A DNA stretch of 64,000 nt from NCBI RefSeq assembly GCF_004010195.1, contig NC_057751.1, positions 6,250,598 through 6,314,597 of the forward strand, given 5' to 3'. Positions 36,177 to 46,342 of the stretch are shown one piece after another. The DNA comes from Chiloscyllium plagiosum. Taxonomy: Eukaryota. The notes beneath the pieces were generated by a model, which worked only from the letters and a program-made list of their open reading frames with translations, had not been told where the DNA came from and did no database searches. Each line of letters opens with the position of its first letter. Within the stretch, counting starts at the first letter, position 1. The translations under genes and the position numbers were made by a program.

Positions 36177-38929
36177 TGCTTCCAATTAAACCTGTTGGAC
36201 TATAACCTGGTGTTGTGTGATTTTTAACTTTGCTTTAGTGTAGGAGGAGTGGGTGACCACGACAAGATCAATGTCTTGAAAGGTTTCCTCATGTTTGAGA
36301 AGTGGTACGCCTATATTAAAAATGTTGCAGTGGACATTAAGAGGCTCAGCCTGGAGGGATTCACCTTTGAACTGTCCAAAAGTTTAATTTGTGCAGACTA
36401 CTGGCATACAATAACCGAAACAGTCACATTTTCCCTTTAGCTGTATGGAGATGAAGAAAATTGGACTCACATTTGTGTAGAAACATTCCATGGTCTCCAG
36501 ATGTCTCACAGCATTTTACAGCAAAGGAAAGACTTTTTAACTGCAGCCACTGCTATTATTTTGGAATCACATCAGCAAACTTGAACAGAGCAAACTCAGT
36601 AACAGCAATTTGATAATGACCAAACGTTCTGCTTTTTTGAGTCAATATTGACCAGAAGACCAGCTCTCCAGCACAGCAATGATGCCTTTATTTAATATGT
36701 CCTCTAGCAAATAGCACATTGAAGAGTACAGTGTTCCCTCGGTTTTTTCCTCAAGCTTAGTAATGGGATTTGAATCTAGAAATCTGAGCATTAGAAGCAA
36801 GAATACTACCAAGTCAATAACCAGTGATGCTGATTATTGACTGTTTGTCCCAGCAGTGATTGTTTTTTATGTTTTTCCAGCGTATCCCATAACATTCATG
36901 GTCCCAGTATTTCCCTGAAAGGAATGAGCTAACTGATCATATTTTGGGATTGATAACTGATTTCAGGCCAAGAAATGATGTGTGCAATCATTTGTCAGAT
37001 TCTAGATGTCACGTACAATCACTCCGTTGCTCAGTCCCACTGTCTCAACAAAGGCCAGTGGTTTATTACAGTACTGTCATGCAAGTTTTTTTTTTCCTTT
37101 TGAAACAGGGCAAATGAAACCATATTAAATAGTACTGAGAATACAGTGACTACAAAACAGAAGCGTTGCAAAGAAAGGAATGAGGAAAAAATTGACTCGT
37201 CGAATGTGCTCCAAAATTCACAGTAATTACAATAGAAGAGCAGGCCTTTTAGCCTATTGTGCTTGAGTTATTTTGATGTGCACAAGCATTTTCATTTTCG
37301 TGGATTTCACGCTGCAATTCCATGTTTTCCAAAGCTTCTTGGTACTGTTTGAAAGTTAACTGAAATCATGGTCATTGTCTCTGCAGAACTTGGCATATAA
37401 ATATCAAAAAAGGAGCCAATTAGCCATTCATACTGCTGCCGGTTCCTGAAAACAACTGGCTAATTTATCCAATACTCTTTTTTCCTCACACCTTTGTCAG
37501 ATTTTTCTTCAAGTACTTCTCCAATTGTCTTTACAAAGCAACTGTTGAGGCAGTGTCCACTGCCTGTTAAGGCAGTATTTTCCAGATCATATTTCCTTAT
37601 GATGCCTCAGATGCTTCTATCAATCACCTGAATCCTTGTCCTTTGTACATTGACTTTTCCAACATTGAAAACAGTTCTCTTCACTTGCTACATCAAAGCT
37701 GTTCACGATTTTGAACAGATCTCTTTGGAGAACAATCCCAGCTCCCGTAGTCTCATCACATAATTGACATCCCTCATCCCTAGTTCAACTCTTATAAAAA
37801 TCTGCACTCTGGCTAAATCATTCACACTCAAATATTAATGACAGTTCCAAAATGTGCAAGAGCAGAAGAGTGCTTAATAATTTGAGAAATACTTGAAAGG
37901 AAATCATTTATCAAAAATGAGAAGGAAAGGAATAAATTGGGTATATCTTCTGAAGGACTGGAATACACATGAAGAGCTGATCAAGTGACCTTTTATTCTG
38001 TAATTTTATCTGATTTGCAGAGCTCTAAAGGTTCCCTGATTTTAAAAACGAAGTGCCAGGAACATGGTTGGAACCCCAATGCATTGTGGACATTTATGAC
38101 TCGTAATTCTAAAATATCTTTTTAAAAGAGGACTAATGCATGTGAAAATGGTTGTGGATATAAATTAGATGCTGTCTGGAGAGACTGAGAAAGAGAGAGA
38201 GAGAGAGAGAGAACTGCAGAATGTTACATCTGCAGATGCTAAGGGAAATGCAAACAGTACCCTTCAAAGTGAGGAGGAGGAAACTCAAAATAGACTGGAC
38301 TGTGATTGTAAGGACTATTAAAATTACAAGATGTGGATGCCACACCCTCCTCAACAGTAAACATCCTCTGCAGGTTATGCCCCAAACTGCAGGGTCATTT
38401 TGTACTTAGTCAGTGCCTCCACATTGTCTTGTGTACCTGCCTGGTTTGGATTAGCAATCTGTTAAGGTCATAGTCACATAATTATCTCCTTATCACCCCT
38501 CTTTTGCGGGTAAAAGTTGTTTCTCACTCTGAGGACTTGGAGAAAGGCAGTCCATATGCTAGCATAAATTACAGCTTTCTTAAAAGCATTTGAGAAGGTA
38601 CTTTCAGCATCAAATGCCATCTCCTTCCTCTACTGTGCTGTTGAGTGGAATAGTTTCAATATTTTTTGAATTGTACTGGCTACAAAACACTGTAATTTTA
38701 TTGTAAAATATTCCTTAGTGGGAATAGATTAATTTAGGATATGTGGTCAGCATAGATGAGTTGGATCACAGCTACTGTTTCCATGCTGTATGTCTCCATG
38801 TCTCGATGACTCTGAGACCATTACGTCTACTGTCTTCTTCTCATAGAACCTCAGACCACACGCATGACATCAGAGTGTTACAGTGCATTCCTGATAGTAT
38901 TATGCAACAAAACAATAATGCTCTGTTTT

Positions 38930-40040
38930 CATGTTCCACCCCCACTAGTCTCCACATTCATGAAATCACGCTCCGCTATTTCTATGATCTCCAGAAGGAT
39001 CCCATCACCCAAACAAATTTTCCCGTCCCCTTCATTGTCGACATTACATAGCGACACTTCCCTCCTTGACATTCTGGTCCACTCCTTCATCACTGCTGTT
39101 ACCTCCTCCCTCCGCACTGTCCAAGATCCCAAACACAACTCGCAGGTGAAACAGCGTTTTTCTTGTATGTGTTTTATTCTAGTTTTCATTATTCGCTCCT
39201 CACCTTGCAGTCTCCTTTACATTGGCAAGAGCAAACACAGGCAGGGCAACTGCTTTGTCTTCCATCCTGTCCACAGCAGTGAATTTGGCCTACAAGTAGT
39301 TTGTTATTTTCATAAGCCCCCTTGCTCTTATGCTAATGTTTCAGTCTTGGGCTGACTGCGTGATCCAATGAAGCACAATGCCAACTTGAGGAACAAAACC
39401 TAATTTTCCACTTCAGTACACAATCTGTAGGACACAATCTTGAATTTTACAACTTCAGAGGCTGACCTCAATATATTGTTCTTGACTTTTTATTATATTC
39501 TCCCCAAATGCACCCCTTCTGGGATGGCAAGGTGGCACAATGGTTCGCACTGCTGCCTCACAGCACCAGAGACCCAGGTTCAATTCCAACATTGGAAACT
39601 GTGTGGAGTTTGCACGTCTGCATGGGTTTCCTCCAGGTACTCTGGTTTCCTCCTACAGTCCAAAAGTGTCCAGGTTAGATGGATTTGCCCCGGTAAACAT
39701 TGTCCCATAGTGTCCATCAATGTGCAGGTTATTTGGGTTAACTGCGGTAAATTTGGAGTTATGTGGATAGGGTAGGATTCTGTTTGGAGGGTCGGTGCAG
39801 ACCTGATTGACCAAATGGCCTCTATATGCGCTGTAGGGTTCGACGATTCTGTAATTCCTCATGACTACCACTACTGTGTCTTGGTTACTTTCTTCAGAGA
39901 AATTCTGGAGAAGAGTCATATCAAACTTGAAATGCTGACTCTGTTTCTGTCTCCACTGATGCTGCCAGACCTACTGACATTCTACAGCATTTTCTATTTT
40001 TGTTTAAGATTTCCAGTATCTGCAGTATTTTGCTTTCAGT
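38930..40040 (+). mobile_element. Decayed Neptune-type PLE, interrupted by a V-SINE
   Basis: QDPKHNSQVKQRFSC...RSSPCSLLYIGKSK (GIY-YIG remnant) and pLTR with tail at 39905-40040. Confidence 0.75.
39520..39855 (+). mobile_element. V-SINE (HE1-like), diverged
   Basis: ggcaaggtggcacaatggttcgcactgctgcctcacagcaccagagacccaggttcaattcc...tgtggagtttgcac. Confidence 0.8.
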
Positions 40041-40596
40041 AGCAGTAGACATTACTGGTTTAGATTCCGAATGCAAATGAAAATTATATGCACTCACCGG
40101 AAGAGCACTGTCTGCCTCCAGTAGAGTTCCTCAAAATGATGCACAGCTGCTTCAGAGAGCTGGAGGAACATCTCAATATGTCCTTTGTTGACCTCAGAAA
40201 CCTTCAACTATCCAGTAGGAATCGCCTTACCAGTTGAAAATGAACTACTGTTCTGTGATATTAGTGTACTTTTTCAAGAAATGGAACTTTCCATGTGTTG
40301 TTTCCAGGTGTTATAGAAAAGGTTCTCACTGGATTAAAAATGTTTCTACATATCCTTCTGTCATTGGAAAAAATGTTTTGAATTGTATTACCATCCTTCT
40401 GCTACTAAGTAATATTGCAATTAGCACTTGTCTTGTTAATTTTGCAATTGCATTCAGTATGTAAATACAACAGTGAGACTTTGCCAGAAACCAGTTGCCT
40501 CAGTATACAAATGCTACAATTGTCAATTAACTTTTCCTAGTTACTACTGCGGTACTACAAGATCATATGTTTGTCTCACGCCTGGACATCCTAATT

Positions 40597-40862
40597 TATA
40601 TTAGATTAGATTCCCTACAGTGTGGAAACAGGTCCTTCAACCCAACAAGTCCACACCGGCCCTCCGAAGAGTAACTCACCCTGACCGATTCCCCTACCCT
40701 ATATACACCCCTGACTAATGCACGTAATACTTTGGGCAATTTAGCATGGCCAATACACCTGACCTGCAATAACTTTGGATTATGGGAGGAAAGCGGAGCA
40801 CCCAGAGGAAACCACGCACACACGGGGAGAATGTGCAAACTGTCACAGACAGTCACCCAAGG
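40597..40862 (-). mobile_element. V-SINE (HE1-like), 5'-truncated
   Basis: Reverse complement of the body and (taatc)n tail of 35303-35603. Confidence 0.85.
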
Positions 40863-41916
40863 CTTCCTGGAGGTTCTATCATGTATCAGTGGCTCCAGGT
40901 ATTACATCAGTTTTTGGACAGCTCTTGTCAGCTTCCTGAGTTCTCTTGTCTCCAAAGAAGATGAAATTAAAATTAGACCTCATGGATCCAAATGGCATGA
41001 TGTGTTGCAAGTGTTTGCATAACAAGACCTCGAAACACTGCTTGCATCTGTCCATATCGAAGTACGATTCAAGACATGTATTGTGTTACACAACATGTCA
41101 AAAATGGATTTGCATCATGCAATTGAGTGGAGGCCAATTCAAATTCATCTGCTTTTCAGACAGGGCTATTAAAATTAACAGCAGAGCAAATAAGTTCTGC
41201 CCATTTATACAATCCATTCCAATTCGGGAGATTGTAAATTCTGCTGCAATGTCAATTAACTGGTGCCAAGCAAACTGGGATTTTAGTGATATCAGAAGAG
41301 GCAGTTTAACAGTTTGTCTTGTTAGAACAAAATTTTACAATTCCAATGCCTAGCCTCTGTAGGAAAGGCATTCCCATCAATCTTGGGCAGTCAAATAACC
41401 AGTATGATTAAACAGGGAGAAAAGATGCAAACAATAACAGATTGTAATGCAACAGTCTGATTTTCTGAACACTGATTTGTGTCTTTGTGTAGCTGCCTTT
41501 TCAGCTTCCTTTGAAAAAAATCCCAACTCAAATGTTATCAGTACTTGACATTCTTTTCTTGAGATTCAAATTCGAAATTATAGAATGCTTGAAATTTCTG
41601 CTGTGAGGGAGGCCATTCATTTCATTGCTTATGCTGCTGTCAGCTTCACTGCGAGAGCTATTTTCATTGATCTTATTCCTTTGGCCTTTACATGAGCATG
41701 TAATGTATTTATTCAGCTTTTTCATTTCCTTTTCAAAACTGTGATTGGTTTGATTTTAATAACCACTTGTGCTCATAATTCAATTTACAACTTCACCTGT
41801 TGTGTAGAAGAAAAATTGCAACCTCCTCTTTGCACAATTGGTAATTTGTAAATATTGTCCCAGTCTGTGCAAATAACCTTTCAATATTAATTCTTTCAAA
41901 CTCTTTCAACATTTTA

Positions 41917-42111
41917 ATAAAGCAAAGAACTGCTGATGTAAAAGGTCTGAAACAGAAACAGAAATTGCTACCGAAACTCTGTAGGTCTGACAGCATCTAT
42001 GGGGAGAAAAGTAATGAAGAGTCACACGAGCTCTGATGAAGAGTTACCAGACTCAAAACTTTCTTCCCGTAACTGTTGAGTTTCACCAGCTTGTTTCTGC
42101 TTTTATTTCAG
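41917..42111. mobile_element. Old fold-back mini-PLE with exact 11-bp TSD
   Basis: TSD tcaacatttta (41906-41916 and 42112-42122). 30-nt tail on the left. Arms ctgaaacagaaacagaaattgct... and ...agcttgtttctgcttttatttcag. Hammerhead remnant ctgatgaagagttaccagactcaaaac. Confidence 0.8.
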
Positions 42112-42399
42112 TCAACATTTTATTCACATCAACTGCTTCCTTGTGAGGGTGTCTGTTGTTCTTCCTGCCTCTGTGTTGCAGGCAAGACCAGAGAAAAATG
42201 AAAATGGACAAGATATGTATCACAAGGAAAGGACAGCAACTTTCTGTTGTAATCATCGTAGAGAAGTTCTGAAACAGGAACTGAGAAAAAAAACGATTAA
42301 AAAGTGTAAAATTGAAGTTCGATGTGGATGGGAAAACTTGCAATGCATAATGATAGATTTTCTGCATAAAGCTATTGGATTGTTCAGTTTTGAAAGTGA

Positions 42400-42915
42400 C
42401 CACTGCTACCTGCTATAGGAAGGATGTTGTGAAACTTGAAAGGGTTCAGAAAAGATTTACAAAGATGTTGCTGGGGTTGGAGGGTTTGAGCTGTTGGGAG
42501 AGGCTGAATAGACTGGAGATGTTTTACAGTCTTGGAGGCAGAGGGGTGACCTTTTGGAAGGCAGATAAAATCATGAGGGGCACTGATAGGGTAAATAGAG
42601 AAGGACTTTATTCCCAGAGTATGGGAGTCCAAAACTAGAGGGCATAGGTTTAAAGTGAGATGGGAAAGATTGAAAAGGGACCCAAGGAGCAACATTTTCA
42701 CGCAGATTGTGGTCCGTGTTTGGAATGAGCTGCCAGAGGAATTGGCACAATTATGACATTTAAAAGGCATCTGGTTGCGTATATGAATAGGAAAGGTTAA
42801 GAGGGATATGAGCCAAATGCTGGCAAATGGGACTAGGTTAATTGAGAATATCTGATTGGTATGGACGAGTTGGACTGAAGGGTCTGTTTCCGTGCTGTAA
42901 TTCTCTCGGACTCGA
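42400..42915 (+). mobile_element. CR1 LINE 3' fragment
   Basis: YRKDVVKLERVQKRFTKMLLGLEGLSCWERLNRL, then WNELPEE and the 3' UTR. Confidence 0.9.
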
Positions 42916-43325
42916 TAATCAAGTTTGTATTGATGTTTTGGAGTTTTGTTTCTTTATAATTGTGAACTGATGAGAAGTTGGCTACTTCACTGAAGTGATT
43001 GCTTTAATAGCGTTCTTGATCATGCACTTTTACATAATCTATGTTTGCATAGGTTTATCCTTCCTATCGTTAAAATATAATGATAATTGTGAATATCAGC
43101 TTCAACTACATAATCTCATGCCTTGTGATTTGGAGAAATTTTCATGGTGAAAGCATGGAAAATAAATATGCTTCATGATTAAACAAATACATTTTGTAAA
43201 TTATCCATATAAAGAACTCCCCATCAGATGTCTCTAACTGAACCATTTATTCAAAGTTTGTGCGAAGATTTGTAGCTCGGGTGCTCGTTGTTGTGGTTCT
43301 GTTCGCCGAGCTGGAAGTTTTTGTT

Positions 43326-43365
43326 GCAAACGTTTCATCCCCTGGCTAGGCGACATCATCAGTGC
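43326..43365 (-). ncRNA. Minimal hammerhead ribozyme
   Basis: GCA CUGAUGA U GUCGCC-UAGCCA-GGGGAU GAAA CG UU UGC. Confidence 0.7.
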
Positions 43366-43886
43366 TTGGGAGCCTCCTGCGAAGCGCTTCTTTGATGTTT
43401 CCTCCGGTGTTTATAATGGTCTGTCCCTCCGCTTCCGGTTGTCAGTTTCAGCTGTCCGCTGTAGTGGTTGGTATATTGGGTCCAGGTCGATGTGTTTGTT
43501 GATGGAGTTTGTGGATGAATGCCATGCCTCTAGGAATTCCCTAGCTGTTCTCTGTCTGGCTTGCCCTTGATAGTAGTGTTGTCCCAGTCGAATTCATGTT
43601 GCTTGTTGTCTGCGTATGTGGCTACTAAGGATAGCTGGTCGTGTCGTTACGTGGCTAGTTGATGTTCATGTATGCGGATTGTTAGCTGTCTTCCTGTTTG
43701 TCCTATATAGTGTTTTGTGCAGTCCTTGCATGGGATTTTGTACACTACATTAGTTTTGCTCATGCTGGGTATCGGGTCCTTCGTTCTGGTCAGTTGTTGT
43801 CGGAGCGTGGCTGTTGGTTTGTGTGCCGTTATGAGTCCTAGGGGTCGCAGTAGTCTGGCTGTCAGTTCTGAGATGCTCCTGATACT

Positions 43887-44432
43887 CCATACATCAGGAG
43901 CATCTCAGAACTGACAGCCAGACTACTGCGACCCCTAGAACTCATAACGGCACACAAACCAACAGCCACGCTCAGACAACAACTCACCACAACGAAGGAC
44001 CCGATACCCAACATGAGCAAAACTAATGTAGTGTACAAAATACCATGCAAGGACTGCACAAAACACTATATAGGACAAACAGGAAGACAGCTAACAATCC
44101 GCATACATGAACATCAACTAGCCACGAAACAACACGAACAGCTATCCTTAGTAGCCAAACACGCAGACAACAAGCAACATGAATTCGACTGGGACAACAC
44201 CACTATCATAGGGCAAGCCAGACAGAGAACAGCCAGGGAATTCCTAGAGGCATGGCATTCATCCACAAACTCCATCAACAAACACATCGACCTGGACCCA
44301 ATATACCAACCACTACAGCGGACAGCTGAAACTGACAACCGGAAGCGGCAAGGACAGACCACTATAAACACCGGAGGAAACAACAAAGAAGCGCTTCGCA
44401 GGAGGCTCCCAAGCACTGATGATGTAGCCTAG
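43887..44432 (+). CDS. PLE ORF C-terminus with GIY-YIG endonuclease; 5'-truncated but still open
   Basis: PYIRSISELTARLLRPL...HKPTATLRQQL...KDP...NVVYKIPCKDCTKHYIGQTGRQLTIRIHEH...REFLEAWH...SIN. No Cys linker precedes the endonuclease, which fits the Poseidon/Penelope type. The mirror copy on the minus strand is frameshifted. Confidence 0.9.
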   Translation, partial: PYIRSISELTARLLRPLELITAHKPTATLRQQLTTTKDPIPNMSKTNVVYKIPCKDCTKHYIGQTGRQLTIRIHEHQLATKQHEQLSLVAKHADNKQHEFDWDNTTIIGQARQRTAREFLEAWHSSTNSINKHIDLDPIYQPLQRTAETDNRKRQGQTTINTGGNNKEALRRRLPSTDDVA

Positions 44433-44452
44433 CCAGGGGACGAAACGTTTGC
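44413..44452 (+). ncRNA. Minimal hammerhead ribozyme with an extra helix II mismatch
   Basis: GCA CUGAUGA U GUAGCC-UAGCCA-GGGGAC GAAA CG UU UGC. Confidence 0.65.
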
Positions 44453-44489
44453 AACAAAAACTGCCAGCTCGGCGAACAGAACCACAACA

Positions 44490-45383
44490 NNNNNNNNNNN
44501 NNNNNNNNNNNNNNNNNNNNNNNNNNNNNNNNNNNNNNNNNNNNNNNNNNNNNNNNNNNNNNNNNNNNNNNNNNNNNNNNNNNNNNNNNNNNNNNNNNNN
44601 NNNNNNNNNNNNNNNNNNNNNNNNNNNNNNNNNNNNNNNNNNNNNNNNNNNNNNNNNNNNNNNNNNNNNNNNNNNNNNNNNNNNNNNNNNNNNNNNNNNN
44701 NNNNNNNNNNNNNNNNNNNNNNNNNNNNNNNNNNNNNNNNNNNNNNNNNNNNNNNNNNNNNNNNNNNNNNNNNNNNNNNNNNNNNNNNNNNNNNNNNNNN
44801 NNNNNNNNNNNNNNNNNNNNNNNNNNNNNNNNNNNNNNNNNNNNNNNNNNNNNNNNNNNNNNNNNNNNNNNNNNNNNNNNNNNNNNNNNNNNNNNNNNNN
44901 NNNNNNNNNNNNNNNNNNNNNNNNNNNNNNNNNNNNNNNNNNNNNNNNNNNNNNNNNNNNNNNNNNNNNNNNNNNNNNNNNNNNNNNNNNNNNNNNNNNN
45001 NNNNNNNNNNNNNNNNNNNNNNNNNNNNNNNNNNNNNNNNNNNNNNNNNNNNNNNNNNNNNNNNNNNNNNNNNNNNNNNNNNNNNNNNNNNNNNNNNNNN
45101 NNNNNNNNNNNNNNNNNNNNNNNNNNNNNNNNNNNNNNNNNNNNNNNNNNNNNNNNNNNNNNNNNNNNNNNNNNNNNNNNNNNNNNNNNNNNNNNNNNNN
45201 NNNNNNNNNNNNNNNNNNNNNNNNNNNNNNNNNNNNNNNNNNNNNNNNNNNNNNNNNNNNNNNNNNNNNNNNNNNNNNNNNNNNNNNNNNNNNNNNNNNN
45301 NNNNNNNNNNNNNNNNNNNNNNNNNNNNNNNNNNNNNNNNNNNNNNNNNNNNNNNNNNNNNNNNNNNNNNNNNNNNNNNNNNN
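44490..45383. other. Assembly gap (894 N)
   Basis: Run of n characters. Confidence 1.
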
Positions 45384-45443
45384 GGCATACTTAAACTACT
45401 GGACTTGTGCCTCACAACACACTTCACATTCAACAACCAGATA
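45384..45443 (+). pseudogene. PLE reverse transcriptase fragment
   Basis: Translates as GILKLLDLCLTTHFTFNNQI, matching the PLE RT segment LL..CL...F.FN...Y.Q that precedes motif B. Confidence 0.8.
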
Positions 45444-45497
45444 CCACTATAAACACCGGAGGAAACATCAAAGAAGGGCTTCGCAGGAGGCTCCCAA

Positions 45498-45537
45498 GCA
45501 CTGATGATGTCGCCTAGCCAGGGGACGAAACGTTTGC
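45498..45537 (+). ncRNA. Minimal hammerhead ribozyme
   Basis: GCA CUGAUGA U GUCGCC-UAGCCA-GGGGAC GAAA CG UU UGC. Helix I is GCA/UGC, helix III is ACGU, and the triplet is GUU. Confidence 0.75.
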
Positions 45538-45711
45538 AACAAAAACTTCCAGCTCGGCGAACAGAACCACAACAATGAACCATTTATTTTTCACACTTGC
45601 TTCCAGTTAATACCTAGTATTTTTACTAACATTTTACACTTGAAGTTAGGAATGGAAAGGCAAGTTCAGTTCATTTGAATCCCTGTGCAGTATGTCACTG
45701 TTAGTCTTCCT

Positions 45712-46342
45712 TGTTATGGATCAGGTCAGACCCCCTCAAAAGATTTTCAGAAAATAGCCTAGACCCTAGCTTTTCTCAGTGTTTTAAGCAGATGTACAGT
45801 GGATATTCCAGGGGTGATGCAGCTGGCCCAACCATTTAATTCTCAACAAAAGAAAATTTATTTGCAGGATTACTGAATGAAACACAAACACAAAAGAATG
45901 GTATGTAGAATCACTTAACTATTTAAAAACCCAACAAACTATCCAAACTTAATGATGCTGTTCCAAATTCCTGCAGCAATCCCCATAAACACCTCTTGGC
46001 AAAAAAAAGGTAAAATCAAACACAGGGTTTTACAAGAGAGAGAGAGATGGCAGAGAGATTGAGCCTGGAACTTTTGAATCAGTTCTTCCATGTCGCCATT
46101 TCTTTTGGATTCTCAGCTAACAATTGATCAGCAGCCTCAAAAAACAGCCAGGCTACTAAAAACCAAACTGAACCAGAGAAAAGCTGAGCTGGGAGAACTG
46201 GCCATTTCCCTCTTTGTTGTTTAAAAACTTAAAAGCTTCTTCAAGTTGATCAACCCAGATATTTCAGAATCTATGCATTTACGAACCCTCTGAAGAAAAC
46301 CAAGGACAACCTGACCCTCGTGAAAGGAGTAGCATTGTCACA
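45712..46342 (-). mobile_element. Solo LTR, family A
   Basis: tgttatggatcaggtcagaccccctc...agcattgtcaca, with flanks tcct / tgct (3 of 4). Confidence 0.85.

Larger units (their letters stand above)
35928..36230. mobile_element. Fold-back mini-PLE with 132-bp arms and 9-bp TSD
   Basis: TSD tgctttagt (35919-35927 and 36231-36239). 39-nt tail at 35928-35966. Arms 35967-36098 and 36101-36232 with 2 mismatches and a 2-nt spacer. Confidence 0.92.
43252..45575. mobile_element. Poseidon/Penelope-type PLE: inverted plus tandem insertion with 13-bp TSD, spanning the gap
   Basis: TSD tgaaccatttatt (43239-43251 and 45576-45588). 36-nt tail at 43252-43287. Inverted arms of about 600 bp at 43288-43883 and 43893-44489, with scattered mismatches and 2 one-base indels. 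After the gap come an RT fragment and a third pLTR. Confidence 0.92.

Noticed and set aside
35928..36230. Palindromes as sequencing or assembly fold-back artefacts
   Set aside because: Flanking TSDs, one-sided tails, mismatches between arms and old diverged examples of the same layout argue for real insertions. Read-level confirmation is still desirable.
40085..40230. Minus-strand exon suggested by a donor-like actcac
   Set aside because: No matching acceptor or convincing frame. The plus strand resembles a decayed RTE-type RT motif (SFVDL...F).
44429..45583. Long ORFs of 384 aa and 351 aa
   Set aside because: They are artefacts of reading through the N gap.
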